From: Pseudogymnoascus verrucosus
Lineage: Eukaryota
NCBI GenBank assembly: GCA_001662655.1
Contig: KV460210.1
DNA: 64,000 nucleotides
Direction: 5' to 3' (one strand)
Made by a program: the position numbers and the translations under genes. Shown here one piece after another: positions 24,932-37,672 of this stretch. A model generated the notes under the pieces. It was not told where the DNA came from. It did no database searches and worked only from the letters and a program-made list of their open reading frames with translations. The number at the start of each line of letters is the position of its first letter. Positions within the stretch are counted from its first letter, which is position 1.

Positions 24932-26697
24932 CTACTCCCAGACATTGGAGAACAGATCCTCGCTCGCCGCGCCAAACCCAGCTACAGGCTTCGGGGCATT
25001 GTGCGAAGTCTTCGTAACAGGCGCCGCAGGCGGCGCGCTGCTCCAGCCCCCAAACTCCTCATCCACGCTGACCTTCGGCGTGCTGCCCGCCTGGGAAAAC
25101 CCATTACCGCCCGGAACAATACTCTGGCTCGCCAACGGCGGTCCAGAACCCCATCCAAAATCATTAGCCGCAGCCTGCGCCGGCGCGGGCTTGGTCGAGC
25201 TCCAAGCATCATTCGTGCCCATAGCGTCGAAGTTGCTCCATCCGCTTGAAGCTGCGCTCGTAGCAGCCGGCGCGGGCTGGGCCTTAGGTGCGGGCTGCGA
25301 GGCGGTCAGGTTGAAGACTGAGGAGTGGGTTGCGGCGGGGGAGACGACGGGTTTGGGGGGGGATGAGACGGCGGGGGTGGAGAAGTCGAAGAGGTCGTTC
25401 ATTCCGGAGCTTTGGACGGGTGGGGATGTGGGGAGAGCGGGGGCGGCGCCGAAGGCGCCGAAGTCGCTTGTGGAGCTCGTCGTGCGGGAGTTGGCGTATG
25501 GGGTGGGCTTTGCGGCGGGCTTTGCGTCGAAGAAACTGCCGCTGCTGATGGTGGATGGGGGGGAAGATAGGGGAGGTGATCGGTGGGATTGAAGGCTGCC
25601 TAGGCCTGCGAATGCGTTCGGCTTCTGGGCCTGTTGCTGCTGCTGAGGTGGAGGTGAGGTGGTATTGGAGAAACTGAGTCCGCCGAATGCATCATCTAGG
25701 CCACCGAATGAGCTCTGGGGCTGGTGGGATGGAGACTGCATTCCATTGATGGAGCCCTGAGATCCGTGGTGTGATTGTGGTTGTGGCTTCGGAACAGAGG
25801 CGTAAAGAGAGAGAATGGACTGTTTCAAGTCTGGTCTCGACTGCCCCGAGCCTCCAGAAATAGGTGTAGCGTTCGACGAGCGGCTCACAGGAGGCTGTGG
25901 CTCTTGGGCAAAAAAGTCCAATCCGAGTAAGGAGTCAGCAGGCTTCGAAACCTTTGGTGGTGCGGCTGGTGCAGCTTGGAAGTTGGATTGTCTCGAGGAA
26001 GTACCCGGGGTAGAATTGGCCCTTTGTACCGACGACCCCTCACTCGCAAGCAGATCCGTCTGAGGAGCTCGGCGCACAGTCGCGGGACTGCCACCAGGAG
26101 CTGAACCCGGCACTGCCCTCTGCGAAGTCGAGCGCTGGAGGTCCTGCTTCTCCTTCACCAAGTTCAGAGGAATATCATCATCGCCCTCGGCATCTAGAGT
26201 TGCCGGGTCTGGAATCGGCCCATCCATAACCCATCTCTTCGAATCGTACTTCGTGCGGATGAAGTTCTCCATCTTCGCCTCGGATGGGACGTGTCCTGGA
26301 GCGAGCTTGGCCTCCCAGTACTTGTTCGCCCGCGAGTTCCCCCACATCAACACGCTCTGTAGCTGCTCATCGGTCCATGAGTCGAGGTCGACAGATTTGA
26401 CTTTACTGATGTGCGTGCCCATTCCTCGGTGGATGCCCGAGCAGCGGATGCACACGAAGATGCCTAGATTCCAGCTGGCCCATCGCGGATCTGCGAGAAA
26501 GGGGTGTTAGCAATGTGAACTCCCATCTATCCATCTTATCCACCATTGTGTGTACAGGGCACGTGTCCAATTCACGTACGTTTATTCCTCTTGCAGTCGG
26601 CGCAACTCTTGTTCCCCTCCAATTTCAGGAGACTCTTGATAGTCTGCGCATTGCGGGCAGTCCTCTCCGCCGCGGGGTCCACCTGCCTGCGCGACAT
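24932..26697 (-). CDS. ArfGAP, SMAP/Age2 type
   Basis: CADC...HPRWASWNLGIFVCIRCSGIHRGMGTHISKVKSVDLD zinc finger. Intron about 26491-26579. Low-complexity tail ending DLFSNVWE. Confidence 0.92.
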
Positions 26698-27294
26698 TTT
26701 CGAGAGAAATCGTATATAATGTCGATGGACGTCAAGAGCGGTGAATTGTGAATTTGTCTGGAATAACCCAAGGGAAGGTACTCGTTGACGTGATTCGGTG
26801 GTGGGACTCTCTGAAACGTGTAGGCTCTCCTCTCTCTCCTCTTTCTTGTTGTGGAATCGTGTCAAGTGGTATAGACAAGGTACTCTAACTCGGTACTCGT
26901 TAGCCTTGCCCCCTCCCCGATCTTGGAACCTAGTCCAGTTCAGTTTTATGGCTAGGTATCTTTCTTAGGTAGTCGGATTATCCAACTGTGGATTGTAATT
27001 GGCGTATTGTGGGACTTTTGTGACTTTTGTGACTTTCGGACGGATTACACTCCTTCTAGCGGTGTGGCGCTGTGGCTAAAAGAATATTCTTCGCGCCTCT
27101 TAAATGAGGCATCCACTATTTTAGCTCTTTAGTATCCATCACCGGCCCATCAAGCCACTCATCATCGACCAGTGACGACGAAATGAAGCCAAACCAACCC
27201 AAGTCAACACAAATCAACCCTGTTCAAGGATGGCGGCGTTTCGGGGACTGCAAATCCCAGCTCTACTCCCCGTCCTCGTGCAGTAAAAATGACA

Positions 27295-27360
27295 ACAGTA
27301 ATACCAGTAAATACCAGTTAACACCAGAAATACCAGTAATAAGACCAGTAAGACAGAAAT
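27295..27360. repeat. Short degenerate tandem repeat (accagta[a]t units)
   Basis: cagtaataccagtaaataccagttaacaccagaaataccagtaataagaccagtaagacag. Confidence 0.65.
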
Positions 27361-27537
27361 TATCCCCGTCACTACCGGTCACTACTGTCAAGTGCGTCAA
27401 GTCCGTCAAAGTACGCCCCCTAACCACTCTATCCACCCCATCCACTCCTTCCACTCTATCCACCTCAAGCATCCCTTCTAAGATCTCGTAATACTCTAAA
27501 TCCCACCCCGTCTACCCGTCCCCTACCGTCCTCAGCC

Positions 27538-27598
27538 TCACACAAAAACAAACCAAACACACACACAGAAACACACAGACACGGACACACACACACAT
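27538..27598. repeat. Imperfect (CA)n microsatellite upstream of msrB
   Basis: cacacaaaaacaaaccaaacacacacacagaaacacacagacacggacacacacacaca. Confidence 0.7.
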
Positions 27599-27716
27599 CC
27601 TAAGACGAAGAGAAAGTCATTTCCACATCGGGCGATTGATTCCACATCTTTGTAACCACCCAACTACCCAACTACCGAACCCTCCTTCCCTATAAAGTCG
27701 CCTCTCCGTCCCTCTC

Positions 27717-28506
27717 ATGCGCCCCCCTTCCTGGCTCAACGCTGTCGCTCGAACTACGCCATCATCATCGTCGTCCTCCTCCTACATCCCCCTCAGAACC
27801 AGCGCTCCTCGCTCCTCCCTCCACAGACCGCAAACCCACGCCGCAGCAGTACTCGCAAAGCCCATGCCTACGCCATCTTTCCTAGGCAGCCTGTTCAGCT
27901 CCAAAAAATCAACGACTCCCAAGATGACTTTCCCGGTTCAGAAATCGAATGACGAGTGGCAAGCTGTGCTCAGCAAAGGTAGACATACGCTCCCGCCCCC
28001 ACCACCACCTACCCACCTACCCATCCACCCCCTTTCCCCCTTCCCTTCCCACCCCCTCTTAAAACCCACGAAATCGAGAGAAACACCTAAAGCTAACAAC
28101 CTACCTTCTCTACACAGAACAATTCCGCATCCTCCGTCAAAAAGGCACCGAGCCCCCCGGAACCGGCAAATACGACACCCACACCCCCAGCTCCGGGACC
28201 TACACCTGCGCCGGCTGTTCCGCGCCCCTCTACACGGCCTCTCACAAGTTCGCCTCCGGCTGCGGCTGGCCCGCGTACTTCGACAGCATCCCGGGCGCGG
28301 TCGAGAGACGCGCGGATAGGTCGATGGGCGCGACGAGGACGGAGATCATATGTGCGAATTGTGGAGGGCATTTGGGTCATGTGTTTAAGGGGGAGGGGTA
28401 TGAGACGCCGACGGATGAGAGGCATTGTGTTAATAGTGTGAGTTTGAATTTCTCGGAGAAGGAGGTGGAGATGGAGGAGAGGAAGTCGGTGGATAGTAAG
28501 GTGTAG
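27717..28506 (+). CDS. msrB: Methionine-R-sulfoxide reductase MsrB
   Basis: QKSNDEWQAVLSK|EQFRILRQKGTE, CAGC, SGCGWPAY, CANCGGHLGHVF, RHCVNS. Intron 27979-28117. Upstream Ser/Arg-rich extension. Confidence 0.93.
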
Positions 28507-28956
28507 GAAATTTGGGAAAGGGGGTGGAGGGGGGTACTTGGGGACACTTGGGAAGGGGGATTTGGGGTTTTGGTCTGGAGACGGTACGCATGTTTGTCTG
28601 TGTATATGGAATGAGTTTATGAGAACGAAAAGGGATATATAATTCACAGAGAGAGGTAGCCTCGTCGATTCTGCGACACATATACCCTGAGAGGCAGGAG
28701 AATTACCAAAAAAAAACGAACATCATCACATCACGCGATCACTGCAAAAACAGGGTTACATTACCAGGATAAAGTTAGTTAGTGTATTTATGCTTGATTC
28801 TCTTGCCTGCATGCTATGAGTCTAGATATTACACTCCCAAAACCACACCAACAAAAAACGTAACGACGGAAACCTCTTTCTGGCATGATTGAAACGCGCA
28901 GCGTGAAGTGCAACTTTCTCGATTTTTATTTTTCGCCCAAATGGATATGATACACT

Positions 28957-30441
28957 CTATAGCTCATCGTGTCCGGAGTCATCCTCTCCCTCGGCGCCAC
29001 CGCTGCCACTGTACAGCTTGCTGGTAATGGGGTATGCGACGTTCGAGAGCTTCTCCTTCTGCTCCTCGAAGTCCTCAGAGTTGGCGGTACCGGCGTTCTC
29101 CTCGAGCCAGTCGGTGGTCTCCTTAACGGCCTCAAGGATCTGGGGAAATATGTTAGTAAAGCTCCCAAGTCATTGATTTTCATTGAGTCAACTTACGGTC
29201 TCCTTGTCATCGTCATCAATCTTGCCACCAAGTCCCTCCTCATCGTTTACCTGGTTCTTCAGGCTGAAAGCGTAGTTCTCAAGACCGTTACGGGCCTCAA
29301 TGCGCTCCTTGGTAGCCTTGTCCTCATCGGCGTACTGCTCAGCCTCCTGAACCATACGGTCGATCTCCTCCTGGGTAAGACGTCCCTTGTCGTTGGTGAT
29401 GGTGATGGACTCGGACTTTCCGGTGCCCTTGTCACCAGCGGTAACCTTGAGGATTCCGTTGGCATCAAGCTCGAAAGAAACCTCGATTTGGGGAACACCA
29501 CGGGGTGCGGGTGGGATGCCAGTAAGCTCGAACTTTCCAAGGTTGTTGTTGTCTTTGGTCATGGTCCTTTCTCCCTCGAAGACCTGGATCAGGACAACGG
29601 GCTGGTTATCGGCGGCGGTAGAGAAGATCTGGGACTTGCGGGTTGGGATGACAGTGTTTCTTGGGATGAGCTTGGTCATGACACCACCAGTGGTCTCAAT
29701 ACCAAGGGTCAATGGGTTGACGTCCATAAGAACGATCTCCTCAGTTCCCTCCTCACCAGACAAAACGCCTCCCTGCACGGCCGCGCCGAAAGCGACAGCC
29801 TCATCGGGGTTGATACCCTTGCTGGCCTTCTTTCCGGAGAAGTACTCCTCGATGAGGGCCTGGACCTTGGGGATACGGGTAGAGCCACCGACGAGGACAA
29901 TGTCGTCGACCTCCTCCTTCTTGACCTTGGCGTCCTTGAGAACCTGCTCGACCGGCTTGAGGGTCTTCTTGAAGAGATCCATGTTGAGCTCCTCGAACTT
30001 GGCGCGGGTGAGGGTCTCGGAGAAGTCGTTGCCGTTGTGGAAAGCCTCGATCTCAATGCGGGTGGACATCTGGGAAGAGAGAGTACGCTTGGCCTTCTCA
30101 GCCTCACGCTTCAGCTTACCCATGGTCTTGAGGTCCTTGGTGATGTCAACGTCGTTCTTCTTGTTGTACTGCTTGGCGAAGAAGTTGATGACTCTCTGGT
30201 CGAAATCCTCACCACCCAAGTGGGTGTCACCGGCGGTAGAAAGAACCTCGAAGGCGCCACGGTCAATGGACAGGAGAGACACATCGAAGGTTCCTCCACC
30301 AAGATCGTAAACAATGATCTGGCGCTCACCATCGGTCTTATCAAGACCGTAGGCGAGGGCGGCGGCGGTTGGCTCGTTGACAATGCGGAGAACGTTAAGT
30401 CCGGCAATGATACCAGCATCCTTGGTGGCTTGTCTCTGGTT

Positions 30442-30476
<35 letters not shown>

Positions 30477-31141
30477 GGGTGACCTTCTTACCGAGGTAAG
30501 ACTCAGCGACATCCTTCATCTTTCCAAGGATCATGCCAGAGATCTCCTCTGGGGTGAAAGTCTTGGGGCTGCCGTTAACCTCAACGCGGACGTTGGGCTT
30601 GCCATCCTTCTGGACAACGTCGAATGGGAAGTGCTTCATGTCGGCCTGGACGTCCTTGTCAGAGAACTTGCGACCGATCATACGCCTGAGACGAATGTTA
30701 GTTAAAAGCTACGTATAAAGGGTATAATTGGTGGCGGGACTGACTTGACATCGTAGATAGTGTTCTTTGGGTTCGCGGCAGCCTGGTTCTTGGCTGCGTC
30801 TCCGACCAGGCGCTCCTCCTCGGTGAATGCGACGTAAGATGGTGTAATTCTGTGACCTTGGTCGTTGACGAGAATCTCGACCTTTCCGTTCTGCATCACA
30901 CCGACACAAGAGTAGGTGGTTCCCAAATCAATACCGATAACTGGAGAAACACGTTAGTATCCAGCCAGAAGCTAAACGTGGCATAAAAGAGCTTACCAGT
31001 GCCATAGCTCTCTGCTGCCAATGGCTCTTGTTCCGAAGATGCGCTGGCGGTCTGGAGGAAGGCGAGGGGGGTGAAGAGGAGGACGAGGTAGAAGAGGGCA
31101 GACAGGCCCATGAAGAGCCCGCTCTGATTTCCTCTGGCCAT
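28957..31141 (-). CDS. KAR2: ER Hsp70 chaperone BiP
   Basis: Signal peptide, [42 protein letters not shown]-terminal HDEL* at 28957. Three introns. Confidence 0.97.
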
Positions 31142-31384
31142 CTTGAACGGCAGCTGTGAAGCTATCAAGTTGGATGTGTATTTTGCGACAATGGAATTAA
31201 ATAAGCGTTTCTAAAAGAGACCGAAGAGTCGATCCGTAGTGTTTGTCTGTCGAGAGACTCGGACAGGTCGCGAGTTTTAAAGAAGGGGGAGGGAAGAGAG
31301 GATGTTCGTGGGAAGGAGAGAGGGACAAAAGGTTCGGAGACGGAAGTCGCTGGAACTTTATTATTCTCACATTGGCCTGACTGA

Positions 31385-31395
31385 CAAAGTGTCCT
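31385..31395. promoter_or_regulatory. Candidate UPR element (HacA/Hac1 site) upstream of BiP
   Basis: CAAAGTGTCCT fits the Aspergillus UPRE consensus CANRNTGKCCT as I recall it, about 250 bp upstream of the BiP ATG, next to CCAAT boxes (ATTGG at 31371 and 31446). Confidence 0.5.
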
Positions 31396-32223
31396 CTCCC
31401 AAGTTGTCACTAATAGTAAGGTTATGGGCTACTTCAAGCTCTGTGATTGGTCAGTTAGCGAAGGCGTGAGGAGGGATGGCGGTAAGAAGCGCCCCACGAG
31501 AGTGCCGCCACCGGATGTACTGGAGTAGAGAAGGTACCTGATGTGTCTGCAAAAATAGTATTTCAAGACAAGTACCTTTTCTAATCCTTGGTGCAGGGGG
31601 TACAAGTGCACCGTGTCCTGAGTAGCAACTCTAACTAACATACGGCTATTGTACCTGGTGAATGACTCTGTGCACTTCGGTGTATCACTCTGTGTACCGA
31701 AGTGGCTAAAACTCTATATTTCATACTCTGTCCATATCTAAACGGCTTCAAAGTGGCAAATTGTATATTTGTTTACTTCGTTGCGTTGTTTACTTCATAG
31801 AACTCCAGTTCCTCTACTCCACGCGCAACTGAATCAGCTGCTTTCGTCTCAAACAAAAGGAGGCAGGGTGTGAGACATGCAGCAGTAGCTCAACGAGGCT
31901 AGGGATCCCGCCATCCATCTTCAGCCTCGCCTCTAGAGTAAATACAGCAAGGTCATTAAATAGCACAATCCTCCAGGAATCAAGGGGTTCAAGCCACAGC
32001 GGAAGGAAGGGTGGCAGGCAGGAACGAACGAAGGAAGGAAGAAGGCCACAGTTACCAAAATAAAATAGCTCCACAACCCATCAGTCATCAGTCATCAGTC
32101 ATCAATGCCAGACAGACCAGATCATACACCGTAGCACTTCGTCTTGGCACCAACATCACTAATCACTCACACACACACCAAGCATGGGTCCCAACAAGTA
32201 ACACAAAGTGCAGAACACGCTGT

Positions 32224-34980
32224 TCATTCTATCAACCCCGCCGCAATCGTCTCCCCCCCACTCCTCAACACAACCCTCTGTCCCTTCTCCAGCGGCACCG
32301 CCATCTCGAGCTCCACGCTCACCCTCGCAATATTCGCCGGCCTCACAATCCGCGGCTTCTTCTTCGTCACCTTCCCACTACTCTTATCCAGCGTAGCTAG
32401 TAGCTCTGTCACGCGCCCCGCGGCGTGCAGGCGGCCGCGGTGAACATCGATGCCTGAGGGCATTAGGAATTCGAAGGCGAGGACTTTGACTACAAAGGTC
32501 TTGATGCATTGTATTGGACTGGAGGGGCTGCATAGCACGTCCCCGACCTTGAGGTGGATGGGGTCGATGCCTGTCAAGTGGATAGTGGCGTTTTGCCCCG
32601 CCACGGACCAGTCCGCGGTCTCGTTGTCAACTTCGAGGCCCTTGACGTAGCATTTTTCGCCGCTGGGTTGGGCGAGCAGAGCGTCGCAGGTTTGGAGCGA
32701 TCCGGCTTCGATGCGTCCGGAGACGCTGAGGGGGTTCTGAACGCCGCCGCGGAAGATGTCACCGATCGTGAATCGTAGCGGCTTATCCAGCGCGCGTGTC
32801 GCCGGCTCGGAGTTGTCCAGTTCTTCCACCAGAGTTGACCCTGTGTACCAAGATGCCGCTTCCTCTGTACACCTTCGTGCGATGTTGTCCCCATGTAGAC
32901 CCGAGACCGGGATGAAAGTGACGTTCTTGGCCTGGAAGCCTGCGGCGGTCAAGAATGCTGACACCTGCTGTGAGATCTCATCGAAGCGGTCTTGGGACCA
33001 GTTGACGGTGTCGAGCTTGTTGATTGCAATGATGAGTCTTTGAACACCCATGCTGCGAGCTAGTAGTGCATGCTCCTTTGTCTGGCCCTTTAAGCCCGAC
33101 TCAAACGAACCCGTGCTAGCATCGATAACCAAGACGGCGAAATCTGCCTGACTAGCCCCCGCGATCATATTAGGGATGAAATCCCTATGGCCAGGCGCAT
33201 CGAGAATGGTAAAGGCGGTTTTCTCAGTCTCGAACTTATTCGTTGCAATGTCGATTGTCACACCCCTATTTCGCTCCTCCGTTCCTTGATCCAACACCCA
33301 AGCCAAAGCAAACGAAGACTTTCCAAGTTTCTCCGCTTCCTTGCGATACTTGTCAATAGTCCGCTGGTCGATGACATTCAAATCTAACAATAGACGTCCC
33401 ATCAACGTGCTCTTACCAGCATCAACATGACCTAAAAACCATAAGCCCTACACCACCAACCACTCGCAGCAAAACCTACCAATAACCACAAAATTCGCCG
33501 CATTCTTCGCCTTCTTCTTCTCAAACTCCGCCAACACATCCAGATTCTTACTCGTCGCCCTCGGCGTATCATCCATCCTCATCGCCTCCACCCCACTCGC
33601 AATCTGATCCGCCTTCTTCTCATTGCTCGTCTTAGCAGGCGGCTTATCCTTCTTCGCAGCTGCTCCCATTAGTTCGGTTAGTCATCTATGCTCTCCGCGG
33701 AATCGCTGGCTGTGCCGAACCTTTCGACTGTGCCGCTAGCACCTGGTCATCGGGGCTGGGCCCTGCAAATGCGTCGTCAGTGGGCTGTAAATGGGGGTCT
33801 GAGTACGGCAAAGTAAACGCAGCGGATGGGGCCTGGCGGAGGCTTGGGAGGGTGTCCCCGAACATCGTTGCTGCGAAGGCGGACGGCGCGGCAGCTTCGA
33901 CTTCGGGTATGGGCTCGATTGGAGGTGGGCTGGGGGAAGCTGGGACGGAAGCTGGTGGCCGCGATTCTTGCTTATGGGGACTTGAATCTTTGCGCTTCAA
34001 CCCTGTATATTTTCTGACGGTGTTCTCTTTCCCGGAAGCGGTACGAGACCCTGATGGAGCTGTAGAAGCTGAGCTTCTGGCACTGCTCTCATCGTTGCCA
34101 GACTTCGCCCCCAGTGACAAGCCGGCCATAGGCTTTGTCACATCGCTGGCTCCAGCATTATTCTTCTGCTCTTGGGCGTTCTTCTTACGGGCAGCAGCCA
34201 AAGCTTGAAGCTTGGTCATTTTAGGAGCTGCCTCGGGATTCCCACCCATTAAACCACCACGGGGATATAAAGGCTCGATAAAAGTCGTCCGTCTGTCCTC
34301 GGGTACGTTGAACCAGCTCATATCCTTCCAAAAGTCGGCTGGTATAAACGGATTCGAGCAAGTTGTAGGAGGCGGTGACATATATTCTGCAAAACCATCG
34401 GGTTAGCTACAATCCCTTCAATAATCCATGGCAATGAAAGAGGTGACGCACCTCCGGAACCATAGCTACCCCCCATTCCCGCGCCCATGCCCTCCTCAAG
34501 CTCGCCCTGCCGCCAAGCCATATCCCCAAGCTCAAGATGAGAAAATAGTGACCCACCTTTCGCCTTCTTCTTTCCCGTCTCCTTCTTCGCCGTTCTCGAC
34601 TGCAGGAGGTAATTCACGCTCTTCTCAACGTCGTAAAAGTAATGCCACAGCGCCTCTTGTATATCCTTATCTGTAATCCCCGGTACGTCGTCACCGAGAG
34701 CTTCGCGTACCGATATCGTGCCTACTCTCATAGACTCTGTTGGTGGTCAGTCTTAGACCTCACAGGGGAGAAGCGGGGTAGATATGGGAAGGGCGAACCT
34801 TTGTCTTCTTCGCTGAGCTCTAGGGACAGGGGTTAGCAGGGCTCTTTATGGTATGCATGCGGTGGAATGTGAAGGGGAATACCAACCTTCAGCTCCGTCG
34901 TCGGCGTAGTCTTCTCCGCCGTCGTAGTCGTCCATCTCGTCGTCGAGGTCCATGTTCTTGACTATCTTATGGCGCGACAT
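32224..34980 (-). CDS. HBS1: Hbs1/Ski7 translational GTPase (alternatively spliced)
   Basis: MSRHKIVK start, HBS1 N-domain (IQEALWHYFYDVEKSVNYL), Ski7-like segment, GHVDAGKST, RGVTID, DAPGH, NKLD, LRSGGETIAAG. Introns include 34387/33763-34556, 33660-33720 and 33432-33479. 21-nt exon at 34799-34819. Confidence 0.94.
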
Positions 34981-35596
34981 GGTGGCGGTGGTGAGCTTCT
35001 TGCTCGTCGAACTTTGAAGGGATGGTATCTATATGTAAACGAGAAGCAATACAGCAAGTATCTCTTAAAGCAAACAAAAATAAACCCTCGTGAAACTCTT
35101 TGTTAGAATAAATGAATGCCGTGGCACGGAAACAACATGTTGGCAATCCAAGTCGCTTGCCCTTGATAGGTCGTCATTATCCCAGCCACAAAGTGCGGGG
35201 CGGGGAGCCAACAAATTACCCCTCCAAAGGCTCGGCTTCAGCCTTGCACAACCCAAACACCTGAACACAACATAGTATAGCACAACACAGGAAAGAACTT
35301 CAAAATGATCTAAAGTTTAAGATATATTATCTAATTATCACCGAGTTTAATCTAAGAGGAGTGATGCCATATTTATATCCAAGAAACCCAGGTATCCCCA
35401 AAACCGCTGGGGATATCCCCACCAAACGCCTCCCAAAAATCCTCCCTTCTATTCCCTTAAAACCCCATCCTTTCAAGTCATTCCATCCAATCGTTGCCGT
35501 TCCCAGCTTTATTAAGTATATTCGCAAAAAGCAGCCGCAGAAGGATGTTATCTAATCCTTCTATCTACCATTATATATGGGTATAATAGGCAAAAC

Positions 35597-37672
35597 CTAT
35601 GGGGCTCTCGCCCTCAAAAGCTGCAGCCTCCTCTCCGCATCGTCATCTCCCATTGACCGCCGATTCAGCACTGACCGGCCTAGGTGCGATAACGAGGTAT
35701 TCCGCCTGTGCGTCTCGGGCCTCGGGGTCGCAGGCTCGCTGTTGATGTTCCTCGACTGGTCGTTTAGTGTACGAGTGACAGGAAATGAATGCACCCTGGT
35801 CGGACTCGGCGGTGCAGAGATGGCCATGTCGTAGTTGGGTAACGGTTCTGGTTCGTTAAGCGTTGTATTCCGTATCGGAGCCCGAACCGCCGTCGCATAT
35901 GACGGAACCTTGTTCAGCGCGAGCTCGGAGTAGTCGATGTGCTCCGGTGTCTGATGACCGGAAGTTATGGCGGATGTGCGACCACTGCGCACGTCTTCGT
36001 CGCTTGGGTGTCGAGATATCGGGTTGCTTCTCGATGTCGCTCCGTTTGGTGCTTGGTCGAAGTACCCCCCTGCTGGATAGGGGGCGCTGGAAGTGCCGAG
36101 ACTAACAAGGTTGTCGCTGCTAAACGTAACATGGGGAGTGTTGCCTCCGCTACCGTCTCCGCGGCGTCTAAACGCGCCAGGGGTTCCGGGCGCTATACTT
36201 AGGTTATGTAGTCTGCTGGACAGGATATCTGGTCTGACAGCTGTGCTTGACATGCCATTCATTGCTGCAAGATTTTCCGCTGAGCCTGATCGAGAGTGGA
36301 GGTGGAATGGTGTGTTCATTCCGGACGAAGCGGATGGGGTCATAATGCCAGGGTCGATACCGGCATACAATTGATCCATGATATGCTCGCCGTATAGTGG
36401 AGGGGCGTGGGAGTCGATGTCAAGCGTGTGGATATGGTCTGGCGTTTGATCGAGAAGGTTGCCCGCTTCATCGAGGGGTACATTAGGAGAAATAAAGATG
36501 GTGACTGGGAGCGAAGCTCGCAGCTAGTATATATTAGCAAAGGTCATTTTGAGGCACATTGGGGGATAATTACCTCGGAGGTGTGTCCGTCTGGGTTGTG
36601 CAGCGCGATATTGAACTTCACCTTATGCCGGATCTTAATGCCATGCGTCTCGCAATCCTGCAAGCACTTCTTAAGCGACTTGGGGAGAGGCAGTACCTCC
36701 TTCACAACGAAGCCACCCTGCCCTGATTCATCCAACATGTCACGATAGCTCTCTTGCTCATCTATTTCAAAAGCCCAGTTCTCAATATCCCTCGACTTCT
36801 TATGCGATTTATTCGAGAATGCCGGGCCTGGGATGGAGAACTCCTGTACCTCAACGAGGTGGCACTTGATGGTGCCGATCCTCAATCCCTTGAGTAGCGA
36901 CGTAAATTTCATATCCACGGCAATGGACGTTCCGAAAACTATTGCCTTTTGCGGAATTACGATCGAGTACTCGAGTTTGTTGGGCCATATGTTCTCCACC
37001 GTCATGGCGTGCGATAGCTCCAGTGCTGCGGGGTCGAGAGTCCGAATGACACGGACGGACTTGTAAGCGTGCAGGTCATACGCCAACCGCCCTCTGGCAA
37101 TCGTCGCTTTCAACTTGTACTGGATGTGACTGTCGTGAAGCCCTGCCACGCTCTCCGCTGTGCTTCCTGGGATAATTACCTCGAAGGGCCACTCGTAGTT
37201 TGTGGCGCCCAGCGTCACACCCTTTGACGACGATCCAGTGCCGTCTGACCCGACAAAATTCGGCCACCTGTGATTCAAAATCTCTGTAATTTTATCCACC
37301 TTGCCGCTGGAGATTCCTGTCCCCGTCAACCTCGTGTCGTTCCATCTGTAGCACATCCATTAATACAAAAATCCCATAAACCACTGACTTGATTGTTGAG
37401 AAACGTACCCGACTCTGCACTGTCCTGTAAGACGCAAATGCACGTCTTCCACCTTGAGGGGTTGAGCAAGACATAGCACGAGCACACCCCGCAGGATCTG
37501 GCTCGAGGCCTCACTTTCAGGGCCTCTCAGCACGATCACATCAGATTCAAGCCTGCAATTCACCGTCAGTTCGCAACTCATTACGGAAGGAGCCCGCATG
37601 TACCAACCTGATCTCAAACAGCGATGCGCTGTTGCGTCCCGTCACGCTCTGGAAAGGATTGAATACTGGCAT
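35597..37672 (-). CDS. creD: Alpha-arrestin, CreD/Rod1(Art4)-like Rsp5 adaptor
   Basis: FEIRLESDVIVLRG, arrestin N/C domains (YEWPFE, ENIWPNKLEYSI, KIRHKVKFNIALHNPDGHTSELRA), PY-type motifs PPLY, VPSY, LPNY. Three introns. Confidence 0.88.

Noticed and set aside
28969..30705. 578-aa ORF antisense to BiP
   Set aside because: Long antisense frames opposite Hsp70 genes are a known by-product of biased codon usage. It mirrors the BiP codons and has no independent gene signals.
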